A DNA stretch of 64,000 nt from Longimicrobiales bacterium (GTDB lineage: Bacteria; Gemmatimonadota; Gemmatimonadetes; Longimicrobiales; Gaopeijiaceae): the NCBI GenBank assembly GCA_965249725.1, contig CBDFMQ010000002.1, positions 64,001 through 128,000 of the forward strand, read 5' to 3'. Positions 50,530 through 61,746 of this stretch are shown here, piece by piece. Position 1 is the stretch's first letter; every line of letters begins with the position of its first letter. Below the pieces are notes generated by a model. The model saw only the letters and a list, made by a program, of their open reading frames with translations. It was not told the DNA's origin and did not search any database. The position numbers and the translations under genes were made by a program.

Positions 50530-52497
50530 CTAACTTCCTCCTAGTGTCACCCGTCCCCCGACATACAGCCCCCTACCCGGTGCACCGAACCCGAAGACCT
50601 CCTCATAAGACTCGTCGAACAGATTCTCACCGCGCAGCGTCAGCGTGAACCCGGGCCGGCCGCCCGTCGGTGCGACGAGCGTCACCTCGGCGCCGACGTC
50701 CACCACGGTGTGGGCCTCCAGCGTCACCGGCATTGCGGGGAACGATCGGAAGTCCCGATCCTCACGCGGGCCGATCCTTCTCGCGGTCACGCTCAGGCGC
50801 GAGCCGGATGACACCTGGTACGCACCGAACGCGTTCAACTGCGTCTCCGGTCGACGCAGAAGCGCGGCACCTTCGACGAACGTCGTTCCCTCACCCTCGT
50901 CGAAGCCCGCGTCCGACGTTTCGGTGTCGAGCCAGGTCAGGTCGGCCGACGCTCGCAGCGCTCCCATCGAGACGGCTGCTGCGACCTCGATCCCGCGGGC
51001 GGTCGCCGCGGCCGCGTTGAAATAGTTCGGATCCGTCGGATTGGGCGGGGCGAAGGTGTACTGAATCAGGTCGCGGAAGGACTGGTCGAAGTAGGTGGCC
51101 TGAAGATCCAGCGCGCCCGTGAACAGCTCCTGCTCGACGCCGACCTCCCAGGAGGTCGAACGTTCGGGCTCAAGGTCCGGATTTCCTCGCGCGAAACCCG
51201 AGGCGAAGTTCTCGAAGAATGTGGGTTCCTTGATGCCCCGGCCGGCAGCCCCGCGCAGGCGTCCCGTTTCGCTGAACGCGTATGCGGCGCCGATCTGCCA
51301 GGTCACGAACTCGCCGAAGCGCTCGTTGTCCTCCAGCCGCAACCCACCGTTTGCCGAGAGGGCGCCCGCGGCCGTCACGATGTGCCCGTACGCGCCGCGA
51401 TTCCAGCGGTCGTCGTCGCTCCGCCCGGTCGACGGCCCGAACTGGCTCAAGGACTCGCTGAAAGACCGCTGGGACTGATCCTCGAACTCGATTCCGAGGG
51501 TAGCGACGGTCGCGGCGCCGAAGGACAGATCAGCCCGCACATCAGCCGCGGTGCGGTTCACCGAGTTGAGGCTGGTGAAGCCGTAGAAACCGAGGGTGTC
51601 CGCGGGTCCGTCCGGAAGGTCGTCGCTGCCTCCGTCCACCTCGAATGACGTGAGGCGGGCCCGGATTTCCAGCCGGTCCGAGACGAGTCGGGACACATCC
51701 AGTGCGACAGACACTTCATCCTCGAAGGCCAACGCGTTCTCATCCACCACGTTGCCCGATCCGTCCGTGGGAAAGTGGTACTCCCGCTCGCCCGCCCGTA
51801 TCGAGAGGCGCGCGCTCGTCGCATCGTCGGGGCGCAGCGCTACGTTTCCGCTGAACACGGTGTTTTGGTGTGAGTTGTTGAAAGCCAGGATACCGTCGGT
51901 CCGAAGCCGGGACAGGGAAAAGGCGTACGAGGCGTCGTCGCTGCCTCCGGAAAGGTCGGCGGACAGATCCTGACGGCCGAAGCTACCGGCGCGGACGGCG
52001 ATCGACCCCCTCGGACCGCCCGAGCCCGCCCGGGTGATGACCTGGATCACGCCGCTCATCGCGTCGGAGCCGTACAGCGCGCTGGAGGGTCCACGCACGA
52101 CCTCGATCCGATCCACGTTCTCCGTGGTGAGGGATGCGAAATCATATGCACCGCCCGGCTGATTCACCTTCACGCCGTCGACGAGTACCTGGACATGATC
52201 GCTCTCGCCACCGCGCAGGAATACGGACGTGATGGCGCCGAACGATCCACCCTGCACGACGATCAGGCCCGGAACCTCACGCAGAGCGTCGAGCACCTGG
52301 GTCACACCCCGGGCCCGAAGATCGTCGCCCTCCACCACGGTGACGTGGGTGCCCAGGGCGCTCAGTGGGAGGGGGACCGGAGTCCCGGTCACGACCAGAC
52401 CCTCGAGCTCATAGATCGGAGGTGGTGGTGTCTGGGACAGAGCGGGGGCTGCGACCCCCAGGGAAGCCAGGACCAAAATGAAGCCAACGCGTAACAT
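50530..52497 (-). CDS. btuB: TonB-dependent vitamin B12 receptor
   Basis: VFLRGGESDHVQVLVDGV, RIEVVRGPSSALYGSDA, GNPDLEPE, LLRRP. A cobalamin riboswitch lies upstream. Confidence 0.9.
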   Translation of the reverse strand: MLRVGFILVLASLGVAAPALSQTPPPPIYELEGLVVTGTPVPLPLSALGTHVTVVEGDDLRARGVTQVLDALREVPGLIVVQGGSFGAITSVFLRGGESDHVQVLVDGVKVNQPGGAYDFASLTTENVDRIEVVRGPSSALYGSDAMSGVIQVITRAGSGGPRGSIAVRAGSFGRQDLSADLSGGSDDASYAFSLSRLRTDGILAFNNSHQNTVFSGNVALRPDDATSARLSIRAGEREYHFPTDGSGNVVDENALAFEDEVSVALDVSRLVSDRLEIRARLTSFEVDGGSDDLPDGPADTLGFYGFTSLNSVNRTAADVRADLSFGAATVATLGIEFEDQSQRSFSESLSQFGPSTGRSDDDRWNRGAYGHIVTAAGALSANGGLRLEDNERFGEFVTWQIGAAYAFSETGRLRGAAGRGIKEPTFFENFASGFARGNPDLEPERSTSWEVGVEQELFTGALDLQATYFDQSFRDLIQYTFAPPNPTDPNYFNAAAATARGIEVAAAVSMGALRASADLTWLDTETSDAGFDEGEGTTFVEGAALLRRPETQLNAFGAYQVSSGSRLSVTARRIGPREDRDFRSFPAMPVTLEAHTVVDVGAEVTLVAPTGGRPGFTLTLRGENLFDESYEEVFGFGAPGRGLYVGGRVTLGGS

Positions 52498-52671
52498 CTC
52501 GTCTCCTCGTCATCCCACCCGCGTGGGATCGGTGGCGGTCACACGAAGGCGAGATTCGAAGAGGCTCGAAACAAGAAGCCCCGTCCTCTCGAAATCTCGA
52601 AAGCACAGGGCACGAAGGCTTGTCGCCGAGTACGCCTGAGCCTCCCCTCGGAGACCTTGTGAGGCGCGGGG

Positions 52672-52830
52672 GGGACACGTCTACTGGCTCGAGGCCGTCG
52701 GTGTCGCCTTCCCAGGGATTCCCCCAGTGGCATCGTGACCCGACGTTCCGAGGCTCTAGCTCGGACCTCTCACAGTGGCGGGGCCGCGCCGGATTTGCAC
52801 CGGCTTCCGTATGGCCCACCCGCATGATTC
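52672..52830 (-). ncRNA. cobalamin riboswitch
   Basis: Minus strand GGAAGCCGGTGCAAATCCGGCGCGGCCCGCCACTGTGA ... GCCACTGGG..GGGAAGGC ... GAGCCAGTAGAC (B12-box elements) in the btuB leader. Confidence 0.9.
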
Positions 52831-53058
52831 AGTTGTGGAGCCATCATGATCGCGAGGCCCGGTCGAGTCAAGGTGGGGGGGGGTGGAGGGAGGAGTCTCA
52901 CCGGCAGACGAGCGCGTTTCACGTCGCTATATTTGAGTGTAGGTCCATGATCTGACCTGACAGGCGGGAGGCCGATATGTCCAGGCTCTTCCCAAACCCG
53001 CCCTCCCCGACACGACGTCGTTTGATCGCGCTAGCTGAGCCACATAGGTTCTCCCGCC

Positions 53059-55173
53059 ATGACCTCTGTCCGCACCCTGCAGGGGCGCCCCGGCGCCTGG
53101 ATGGCGTCCGCAGTGCTGTTGGGTGTTCTGACCCTCGCGAACTTTGCGGAAGTCCAAGGTCAACGCAGCGACGGGCCTGATCGCTCTCGATCGCTCCCCA
53201 GCACGATCGGGACCATGGGCCTGCCGGGTCTGGTCGCTATTCCCAACGCCGGCATGGTGTCCCCCGGATACGCACAACTCAACTACAACACCACACCCAC
53301 CTACGACGCGTTCGCTCCTGGAGCCATAGCGCGACAGTACAACATCCAGTTCGCGGTCGGGCTCTTCTCACGGTTGGTGATTTCGGGTAGAGGCTCCGAA
53401 GTCGTTGCATCTGGGCCCCTTCCCCCAAGGTTCGAACGGGGTCCGGACGGGGTCATCAGACAGGTCGAGTGGACTGCGCTGAGCCGCGATTTGTCCGCGA
53501 GTGCCCAGCTTCTCCTGCTCGAAGAGACACCGTTTCTCCCGGCCGTTGCCATCGGTGCCCAAGATTTCGGCGGGGCGGCCAACCACTTCGAGGCCCGCTA
53601 CGCGGTCGCGAGCAAGACACTGGCCGGTCGCATCAGGCTCACGGCAGGGTACGGTTGGGGCGATGATCTCCTGAAGGGCGCCTTCGGCGGAATCGAAGCG
53701 TCGCCGATTCCACAGGTGACCCTGGTAGGGGAATATGATGCGGAGCGCTTCAATGGAGGCCTGCGTCTCCAGCCGTTCCCCCAATCGTGGGTCGCTCGGG
53801 GTGCCCCCCGGCCGACGGTTGATGTGATATGGACCGAAGATGAGGGAGTCACGTGGGGGGTGTCGCTCCGTGCGGTGCTCGATCAGGACTGGATCGAGCG
53901 CGAGTCGCCCGGGACGGGCGGGCAAGGAGCGGAGGGGATGGGGGGGCCGGGTCCGGCCCACAGCGATCCGGGGACGGACGCCGTGGACATCCTGGCGCGT
54001 CTACTCGCGGAGGACGGCTTCGAGAACGTCCAGGTCTCGGTGCGTGAGGGTGACGTGCTGAGAGTCGAATACGAAAACCGACGCTACAACCAGCACGAAT
54101 TGGATGGCCTCGCTCGGGTACTGCGTATCGTGTCGCGAGGCGCGCCGGCCGGCACCGACAGCCTCCGCATCGTTCTGAAACGCACGAACCTCCGGCTACT
54201 GCAGATCGACGTGGCGAGCGCCGACCTTAGACGGTTCCTGGACGGAGCGATGAGCCCCGAGGCCTTCCAGGACCGCGTCTTGGTACGACACCCCGGGGCC
54301 ACTCGGTCGCTCGCGGGGCCGGCTTCTCGGTCCGTGAACTCGAGCTTCCTCAAGGCGGACCTGACGTTAAACCCCGGGATCGAGACCGTGGTCTTCTCCG
54401 ATTTCGGAGTGGCAGACGCCCGAGTCTCATTGCTGCCCAACCTCCGAATCGGCCTCTTCCGAGGAACGGTGCTGGAGGCCCAATACCGAATCCCTATCGG
54501 CCAGACCGAGAGCTATCAGAGGTTTGCCGGCCCTTTGCCGGATGCGGAGCTGGATCGGGCGCTACTTCATCACGCGGAGTGGTGGTCGTTGACCGACCGC
54601 GCCGCATTGGCTGCCCAATGGAGTGTCGGACGCTTCGATATCGACAATGTCGGCGTTCGGCAGGAAGCCTCGCTCAGCCTCCTCGGTGGACTCGTCAGGC
54701 TGGGAGCCGACGTTGCGGCCCTGGGGGACAGCAAAGACGAACTCGATCGCTGGCTGGCACTAGGGAGCGCTCGTCTGCACGTTCCCGCGGTTGACACCCG
54801 GCTGACGGTAACCGCCGGACGCTTCCTCGATGAGGACGACGGCGTGGCCGTCGATCTCAGCAGGTTCTTTGCCGACACCGAGATCGGTGTGTTCCTCCGC
54901 CATTCCGGTGAGGGATCTCTAGCGGGTATGCGGATTGCGCTTCCCCTGACGTTCGGGAAGGACCTTCGGCCGAGTCGCCTTCGACTTCGGACCCCGGCGG
55001 AATGGCGGTACCAGCAGCAAACGGTCGTATTCGCGGACCGAAACGTCCTCCGTCGTGACATCGCCCGCGGCCTTCCATCTCAGTACGGGCTCGCCCAGAG
55101 CTACCTCGACCGGGATCGCCTCCACCCGGCCGCAGTGGACGCTGCGCTGACCAATGCTCGCTTTTGGAGGTAG
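53059..55173 (+). CDS. YjbH-like outer-membrane beta-barrel protein
   Basis: GLPGLVAIPNA, LPAVAIGAQDFGG, YAVASK, GAFGG, VGEYD, GRFLDEDDG. Confidence 0.75.
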   Translation: MTSVRTLQGRPGAWMASAVLLGVLTLANFAEVQGQRSDGPDRSRSLPSTIGTMGLPGLVAIPNAGMVSPGYAQLNYNTTPTYDAFAPGAIARQYNIQFAVGLFSRLVISGRGSEVVASGPLPPRFERGPDGVIRQVEWTALSRDLSASAQLLLLEETPFLPAVAIGAQDFGGAANHFEARYAVASKTLAGRIRLTAGYGWGDDLLKGAFGGIEASPIPQVTLVGEYDAERFNGGLRLQPFPQSWVARGAPRPTVDVIWTEDEGVTWGVSLRAVLDQDWIERESPGTGGQGAEGMGGPGPAHSDPGTDAVDILARLLAEDGFENVQVSVREGDVLRVEYENRRYNQHELDGLARVLRIVSRGAPAGTDSLRIVLKRTNLRLLQIDVASADLRRFLDGAMSPEAFQDRVLVRHPGATRSLAGPASRSVNSSFLKADLTLNPGIETVVFSDFGVADARVSLLPNLRIGLFRGTVLEAQYRIPIGQTESYQRFAGPLPDAELDRALLHHAEWWSLTDRAALAAQWSVGRFDIDNVGVRQEASLSLLGGLVRLGADVAALGDSKDELDRWLALGSARLHVPAVDTRLTVTAGRFLDEDDGVAVDLSRFFADTEIGVFLRHSGEGSLAGMRIALPLTFGKDLRPSRLRLRTPAEWRYQQQTVVFADRNVLRRDIARGLPSQYGLAQSYLDRDRLHPAAVDAALTNARFWR

Positions 55174-55314
55174 AGGAGGGCCGGTGCACCCCCGACGACA
55201 CGGATTCGCGGCGGGCCTGCACAAACGCATTGATCGCGGGGGAGCCTCACTGCACTTTGGGAGCTTGTACTATGCCCTCCTCGTGTTAGGCCCTCAGTTA
55301 CCGGAGATGGTTAC

Positions 55315-55958
<644 letters not shown>

Positions 55959-55986
55959 CGGAAGCCGGGTCTAGCGCCAAACACCC

Positions 55987-56027
55987 GAGAGGCGGGAGGG
56001 GACATCCCCTCCCGCCTCTTTCTTTTT
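55987..56027 (+). terminator. rho-independent terminator
   Basis: AGAGGCGGGAGGGG-ACAT-CCCCTCCCGCCTCT followed by TTCTTTTT. Confidence 0.85.
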
Positions 56028-56157
56028 GGGCAGCGTCCCGCTCGAAATCGGCGCGGAGCTGGGGCTGCAAATACCTTACGAAATAATGCATGGCACCATA
56101 GGGTATACGTGACCTAGGCCGGTTCGTTGGCATACTCGGGATGGGGAGGACGACGGG

Positions 56158-56286
56158 ATGACCGCCACACACCACTTGCGACACGCGGCACGCAGCCTAG
56201 CACGAGCGCCCGGCTATTCGGCGGCGTTCATACCGGCGCGCCGCGCGACTCTGGTTCATCCGGTACAGGCTCTCAAGGCCGAATGA
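56158..56286 (+). pseudogene. 42-codon remnant of an ADOP permease (both termini joined in frame)
   Basis: RBS GGAGG, MTATHHLRHAARSLARAPGYSAAFIPARRATLVHPVQALKAE*. Confidence 0.8.
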
Positions 56287-56301
56287 ACGCAGCCTGACCG
56301 G

Positions 56302-56924
56302 GTGAGCCATTCCTCCCGTTATCCCGTCCGGCCCGCATCCACCGGGTCGAGGAGACCATCCGGCGCAGCCGCTTCATCACCACCGCGGCGCACGCCCCCG
56401 ACGCCGAGGCCGCCCACTCGTTCGTCGGCCGTATGCGTGAGGAGTTTCCGGATGCGACCCACAACTGCTGGGCGTTCGTCGCGGGGCCTCCGGGGAGCAT
56501 GACCCACATCGGGATGAGCGACGACGGGGAGCCCCACGGCACCGCCGGCCGGCCGATGCTCACCTCGCTCCTGCACGGCGACATCGGTGAGATCGTCGCC
56601 GTGTGCACCCGCTACTACGGGGGCGTGAAGCTGGGCACCGGAGGACTCTCCCGTGCCTACTCGGGTGGGGTCAAACTCGTACTCGAGTCGCTTCCTACGG
56701 AGGAGAGGGTCGACCGCATAAGGGTCGAGGTGACCATCGCGTACGCTGAGGTGGATGCGGTACAGCGGCTCTTCGACGAGATGGATGTCGAGATCGAGTC
56801 CGAGGACTACGGCGCCGAGGTCCGGTATGTGTGCGGCGTGCCGGAGCCCGCGCTAGCGAGCTTCCGGGCGGCCATCGCCGACGCCACCCGAGGTGCGGGC
56901 AGCGTAAGCGACGTAGCCGAGTAG
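56302..56924 (+). CDS. yigZ: YigZ/IMPACT family protein; apparent 1-bp frameshift at ~56329
   Basis: IRRSRFI, DATHNCWAF, SDDGEPHGTAGRPML, RYYGGVKLGTGGLSRAY. The N-terminal MSHSSRYPV is in an adjacent frame. Confidence 0.88.
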
Positions 56925-56950
56925 CTCTGCTCGGTGAGCTGTGGCGCTGC

Positions 56951-58246
56951 TTAGTGCTCCCAGTTCGCGAAGGGCTCCTCGAGTGACGAACTCTGCGGCG
57001 TGAACAGCTTGGCACCGTCGTCCGTGATGTACATGCAGTCCTCGAGCCGGACGCCGAACTCGCCGGGAATATAGATCCCGGGCTCATCACTGAACGTGTT
57101 GCCGGGCTTCAGCGGGACCTTGTTGCCCTTCACCAGGTAGGGCCACTCGTGCCCGTCCATACCGATGCCGTGGCCGACCCGATGCGTGAAGTACTTGTAG
57201 CCGGGTCCGTAGCCGGCGTCCTCGATGACCTTCCGGGCGGCTCCATCCACCTCTTCTGGAAGGACGCCAGGAGCCGCTTTCTCGAAGGCGGCCGTCTGGG
57301 CCCTGTACTCGATCTCGAAGACCTTCTTCATTTTGTCGGTAGGCTTGCCCAGCACGAACGTCCGGCTCATGTCGGAGCGGTATCCCTCCACACCGCAGCC
57401 GCCGTCGATGAGCAGAATGGTGCCCTCGCGGATCACCTGCCGCGTCACGGAGCCGTGCGGGAGGGCGGACCATTCTCCGGTCTGCACACCGGCACTGCCG
57501 GGGAAGCCGAGCTTGTCGTGGGCCTGCGCCACCAGGGCGCGGAAGTCCCGCTGGGTCATGCCCTCTTCCATGGCGAGATAGGCGGCCTTGTACGCGGTGA
57601 GCGTCACCTCGTTTGCGAGCTGCATCAACTCGATCTCGTGCTCGTCCTTCACTCCGCGGCATCCGGCCGTGACTCCAGTCGCGTCCACGACCTCGAGCGC
57701 TGGGGCGGCCGTGGCGATCCCGTTGCTGAACCGGAACTGCATGGTCTCTTCGGTGCCGACCCTGCCGGTCGAGATGCCCCGGTCCTTCAACCCCTGAGCG
57801 ACCCGCTCGTAGGGGCTCTCGTGTTCCTCCCAGGTATAGACGTCGGCTCCGCCCAATGGACCGAGAGCGAGCTGCTCACGGGCGCGGTCTTCCTCGAAGG
57901 CGGGGCACACCACGAACGCGTCGCCGCCCACGGGAATCACGACCGAAAAGAGCCGTTCTCCCCCACCCCAGCGGATGCTGGTGAAGTAGACCATGGACGT
58001 CCCGCCGGTGAGCGCGAGGGCCGACAGGCCCTGCTCCCGCATCAGGCGCTTCGCCTGTTCGACACGGCCCGCCCGCTCGGCGGTGGTGATCGGTCGCGCC
58101 CGGTCCGCCCAAGAACTGAGCCGCGCGATCGAAGGGGGAACCGCCTGCTGCGTGGTGTCGGCTGCGAGGAGGGTGTCGGGTCGGGTCAGCCCCGCGCCAG
58201 CCGCTGCCGCGGTGGAGGTTCCGAGAAAGTGACGTCGAGAGATCAT
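56951..58246 (-). CDS. Tat-exported Xaa-Pro peptidase (M24 family)
   Basis: SRRHFL Tat signal, ALPHG, IDGG..YRSDMSRT, HRVGHGIGMDGHE, SDEPGIY, GVRLED. Confidence 0.93.
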   Translation of the reverse strand: MISRRHFLGTSTAAAAGAGLTRPDTLLAADTTQQAVPPSIARLSSWADRARPITTAERAGRVEQAKRLMREQGLSALALTGGTSMVYFTSIRWGGGERLFSVVIPVGGDAFVVCPAFEEDRAREQLALGPLGGADVYTWEEHESPYERVAQGLKDRGISTGRVGTEETMQFRFSNGIATAAPALEVVDATGVTAGCRGVKDEHEIELMQLANEVTLTAYKAAYLAMEEGMTQRDFRALVAQAHDKLGFPGSAGVQTGEWSALPHGSVTRQVIREGTILLIDGGCGVEGYRSDMSRTFVLGKPTDKMKKVFEIEYRAQTAAFEKAAPGVLPEEVDGAARKVIEDAGYGPGYKYFTHRVGHGIGMDGHEWPYLVKGNKVPLKPGNTFSDEPGIYIPGEFGVRLEDCMYITDDGAKLFTPQSSSLEEPFANWEH

Positions 58247-58406
58247 GAAGTCGCTCCGTTGTGGTCCGTAATGAAGCGAGAATCATACGTGGTGAGGGGG
58301 AATGCCACCACGATCGATCCTGGAACGGCAAAAGGGGTGCGCCTGCCGTCCATGTCCGTGAGGACAGGGGCGGCCGGACGCACCCCGGTGATGCGCTTCT
58401 TCAGGT

Positions 58407-59264
58407 CTACAGCGTAATGACCAGGGTCAGTGTGAGCACGGTATCCAGCTCTTCACCGGGGGTCAGCACGTCGCCACCGGTGGGGACGCCGCCGGTGACG
58501 AGGGGGACGCTGACGAGCGAGGGAAGGTTGTCCCAAAGGAGCTGAACGGACGTCTTCAACGCGAGCGCAGAGTTCATCGATACCGAGAGGGAGTTGAGCC
58601 AGTCGGCACGAAAGTCCTCTGAATCCTTGAGACTGTTGTCCACGATCAGCACAGAGGTGAAGTTCGCCGTTTCCGAGAGCTTCCTCATCGCGTCGACGGA
58701 CACTCGCCAACCGCCGAATCCGTCGTCGGCCCCCGGGGTGGGGTCCACATCTTTCTGAATCGTATAGGTAACGCCCACGTCGGTCTTGAAGCGTGAGTTG
58801 TCTGAGTCGACCCAGGCTCTTCCGACTCCAGTAGAGAGCGCGTATCGGTTTTGGATGCCTGCGAAAGTGTTTCGGTCCCACCCGGCTCCGCCGAAGAAGA
58901 AGGCGCTGCCGAACGTCCGATCGTACCGGCCCCGCCCGAAGTAGCTCTCCGCCGTGAGCTCTGAAGTCGACACCTCGCTGACCGTGAAACTCGAGGCGGT
59001 GCCGTTCGCCGTTCGAGCGGTGCGGTTGGTCTCCGCCCGAATTCCACCGACCTCGAGCTTCACGGAGTTGGCGGCGCCGGTCCCGGCCAGGGTGGTCTTG
59101 AGCCCGAGAGTGCTTGACGACGCGTTGCCGCCGGTGGACACGAAACTCAGCTCGGTGGCGAGGTTCCAAGTGAAGCCGTCCGTCGTGTCCTGAGCGCTGC
59201 CCGAGATGGGGTGCGATGCGAGGGTAAGTGCTATGCCCAGGAACGGCATGAGGTTCTTCGTCAT
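58407..59264 (-). CDS. DUF481-like outer-membrane beta-barrel
   Basis: Signal peptide, STGGNASSSTLG, DRNTFAGIQNR, ALKTS..DNLP, DTVLTLTLV. Confidence 0.8.
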   Translation of the reverse strand: MTKNLMPFLGIALTLASHPISGSAQDTTDGFTWNLATELSFVSTGGNASSSTLGLKTTLAGTGAANSVKLEVGGIRAETNRTARTANGTASSFTVSEVSTSELTAESYFGRGRYDRTFGSAFFFGGAGWDRNTFAGIQNRYALSTGVGRAWVDSDNSRFKTDVGVTYTIQKDVDPTPGADDGFGGWRVSVDAMRKLSETANFTSVLIVDNSLKDSEDFRADWLNSLSVSMNSALALKTSVQLLWDNLPSLVSVPLVTGGVPTGGDVLTPGEELDTVLTLTLVITL

Positions 59265-59476
59265 GTGACGCTCTCTGCGTGTTGGGGGTAGTACGGCCTC
59301 TGTCCAATTGACAATCTGGCTACAAAAAAGTCACACTGAGTTCCCGACCGGCTTGTTCGCGTCTAGAGTGGCCCGTACTCTGGATTCTCCAGGGACGCCT
59401 CGCCCCTTACGCCTTTCCGTCGACGCAATCGACCGGTGGTGGGGTGCACGCGGTCTCGACGCCATGGAGTGTTGTG

Positions 59477-60382
59477 ATGCAGCCACTGGAGCCGGAACGG
59501 CTCAATCAAGAGTGGCGGGTGCACCGTGCCAACGACGAATGGAAGGCGCGAGGGAGCACCCGACTGGTATGGTCGTGTGTTGCCGCCATGGCTGCCCACC
59601 TGGCGATCATTGCCATGGGACCCGAATGGGAGATCCGTACTCCTGCGCTCGATCCCGAGTTGGAGGCCTACCAGATGGCCTGGATCTCCCTCTTCGCTCC
59701 ACCCTCCAGCGGCAGAGGCGCATCACCGGGCGCCACTCCGGTGGTCCGCGCCGCGGATTCGGTCACGGCGTCGTCGGATGTCGGTGAGGGATCGGACGGG
59801 GCACAGATGTCGATGGAGGAGTACTCGGCGGCGATCCGCCAACGCCTGCTCCGTAGGGGAGGACCGGTGCCGACGCTCGCCGAGCCCGAACCGGAGCCTG
59901 AGCCCGAGCCCGAGCCCGAGCCCCAGCAGAGCCTGACTGCCGAGGCCCAGCAAGATGGTGGCGGAGACGCCGAGAACACTCCCTCCATCGGTGGAGATGC
60001 CTCTACTGTGGGCCTCTCGGGGTTGCCGGAGGCAACGTCTATGGACTTGGCCCGCTTGGCGGCCATTAGCCCCGACATCGTTCTTGCCGGCTCAGAAGCC
60101 TGGGTGCTGGTCATGAATCCCCGCGAGGTGCTGCGCTACATGCGCGACAGCTTCAGCCGGCAGAGCCTGGAAATGGATGTGAGTGGCTCGGTGAGCGTGG
60201 TCCTCTTCATCGACGAGCAGGGTTCGGTCGAAATGGCGGAGATCGGCAAGTCCAGTGGAATCCCCGACATCGACGAGATCTTTCTCAGGCTGTTCAACGA
60301 GGTCGTGGCATTCAGACCAGCTCGGGATCGAGGGGTTCCGGTGCCCAGATCCGCCGTCTTCGAGGTACCGTTCCCTTGGTAG
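59477..60382 (+). CDS. TonB-like energy transducer
   Basis: TM with H (AAMAAHL), EP repeat linker, C-terminal SGSVSVVLFIDEQG..KSSG..FRPA..GVPV. Confidence 0.8.
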   Translation: MQPLEPERLNQEWRVHRANDEWKARGSTRLVWSCVAAMAAHLAIIAMGPEWEIRTPALDPELEAYQMAWISLFAPPSSGRGASPGATPVVRAADSVTASSDVGEGSDGAQMSMEEYSAAIRQRLLRRGGPVPTLAEPEPEPEPEPEPEPQQSLTAEAQQDGGGDAENTPSIGGDASTVGLSGLPEATSMDLARLAAISPDIVLAGSEAWVLVMNPREVLRYMRDSFSRQSLEMDVSGSVSVVLFIDEQGSVEMAEIGKSSGIPDIDEIFLRLFNEVVAFRPARDRGVPVPRSAVFEVPFPW

Positions 60383-61746
60383 GGCGGGGCCTTTGGGTCT
60401 GTGTCGCGATGTTCGTGATCGGGGCCTGTGCCACACCGGTAGCGGGTCCTCCGGAACCGGTGGTATCGCCGACGGGGGTCCGGTACGAACTCGGCACGCC
60501 TCCAATGGATACCCGCTTTTCTCAGACTGCGGCACTCCACCTCCGTCAGGGCCGCATCGCCCGAGCGCTTGAGTTGGCCGAGGAGGGAATCGCGGACGAT
60601 CCGGAGAATCCCATCCACCATTTCATGGCGGGCCAGGCTCAAGTTCGCCTCGGTGAGTACGACGATGCCGATGGGATGTTCATTGAGGCCCAGCGCCTCT
60701 ATCCGGGCTACGAGGTCGACGTCGAACTCGAGCGCGAGGCGGCCTGGGCCGAGGCGTTCAACGAGGGAGGTCAGGCGTACGCGGAGGGCGATCTTGAGCG
60801 CACCATCGAGGCGTGGGCCAAGGCGGTCGTCATCTTCGATCTTCGCCCCGAGGCGCATCGAAACCTCGCGAGCTTGCTCACCGGCGAGGGGCGATATGAG
60901 GAGGCGATCGCGGCGTATCAGGGTGGCCTCGCCGGCCTCGCCAGGCCGCCTGTCACTCGTGTGCTCGAGCCCGACGAGGTAGCGCGCCGGGCAGAACAGA
61001 AGATCGCCATGGAAGAGAGCGTCGCCCCTCTCCTGCTATTCACCGAGCGATTCGCGGAGGCCGAGGTGTTGTTCCGCAACCAGCTTGCCCGCGATCCGAC
61101 CAGCACGCAGCTGCAGGGAGACCTGGCCGCTGCTCTCAGGGGGCAAGGCAGGCTGGAGGAGGCCTCCGCGATCTATACGACTCTGCTATCGGCCGGCGAG
61201 CTACAAGCGTCCGAGCTCTTCAACCTGGGCATCGCTCTGTTTCGCTCCTCCGACTTCCGGGCGGCAGGTCAGGCGTTCGAGCGGCTGACCCGTCTTCAGC
61301 CCATGTCCCGCGATGCGTGGTTCAATTACGCCAACGCGTTGTTCGCCGATGAGGCGTGGAGTGCGTTGGCTCTGGTCGGCGATCGCTTGGTTGCATTGGA
61401 TCCCCTTGGCGAGAACGCTGGACTGATTACGGCGCGGGCGTATCTGGAGAGCGGCGACCAAGATGCCGCACTCCGTGCCCTCGAGCGAACCGAGTCGACT
61501 TCGATCTATCTGGAGGGACTACTCATGAGGCCGTCCGACGCGGAGACGGTCGTCCAGGGGCGTGTCGTTGGGAACCTGGCGGCGCCGGGGACCACAGTTC
61601 GGCTCCGATTCACCTTCTATGGCGACGAAGGAGAGCTGGGAGTGAGAAGCGTCACGGTCACTGCCCCTCCGCCCGACGAGAGTACCGGATTCGAGGTCTC
61701 GCTCGGCACCCGGGCCACGGGCTACCGATACGAGGCGATTCCCTAG
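60376..61746 (+). CDS. tetratricopeptide repeat lipoprotein
   Basis: Lipobox IGAC, repeated TPR patterns (AHRNLASLL..YEEAI, LFNLGIAL, AWFNYANAL). Confidence 0.85.
   Translation: MVGRGLWVCVAMFVIGACATPVAGPPEPVVSPTGVRYELGTPPMDTRFSQTAALHLRQGRIARALELAEEGIADDPENPIHHFMAGQAQVRLGEYDDADGMFIEAQRLYPGYEVDVELEREAAWAEAFNEGGQAYAEGDLERTIEAWAKAVVIFDLRPEAHRNLASLLTGEGRYEEAIAAYQGGLAGLARPPVTRVLEPDEVARRAEQKIAMEESVAPLLLFTERFAEAEVLFRNQLARDPTSTQLQGDLAAALRGQGRLEEASAIYTTLLSAGELQASELFNLGIALFRSSDFRAAGQAFERLTRLQPMSRDAWFNYANALFADEAWSALALVGDRLVALDPLGENAGLITARAYLESGDQDAALRALERTESTSIYLEGLLMRPSDAETVVQGRVVGNLAAPGTTVRLRFTFYGDEGELGVRSVTVTAPPPDESTGFEVSLGTRATGYRYEAIP

Noticed and set aside
59880..59925. EP repeat as a novel repeat element
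   Set aside because: It is the normal proline-rich TonB linker.
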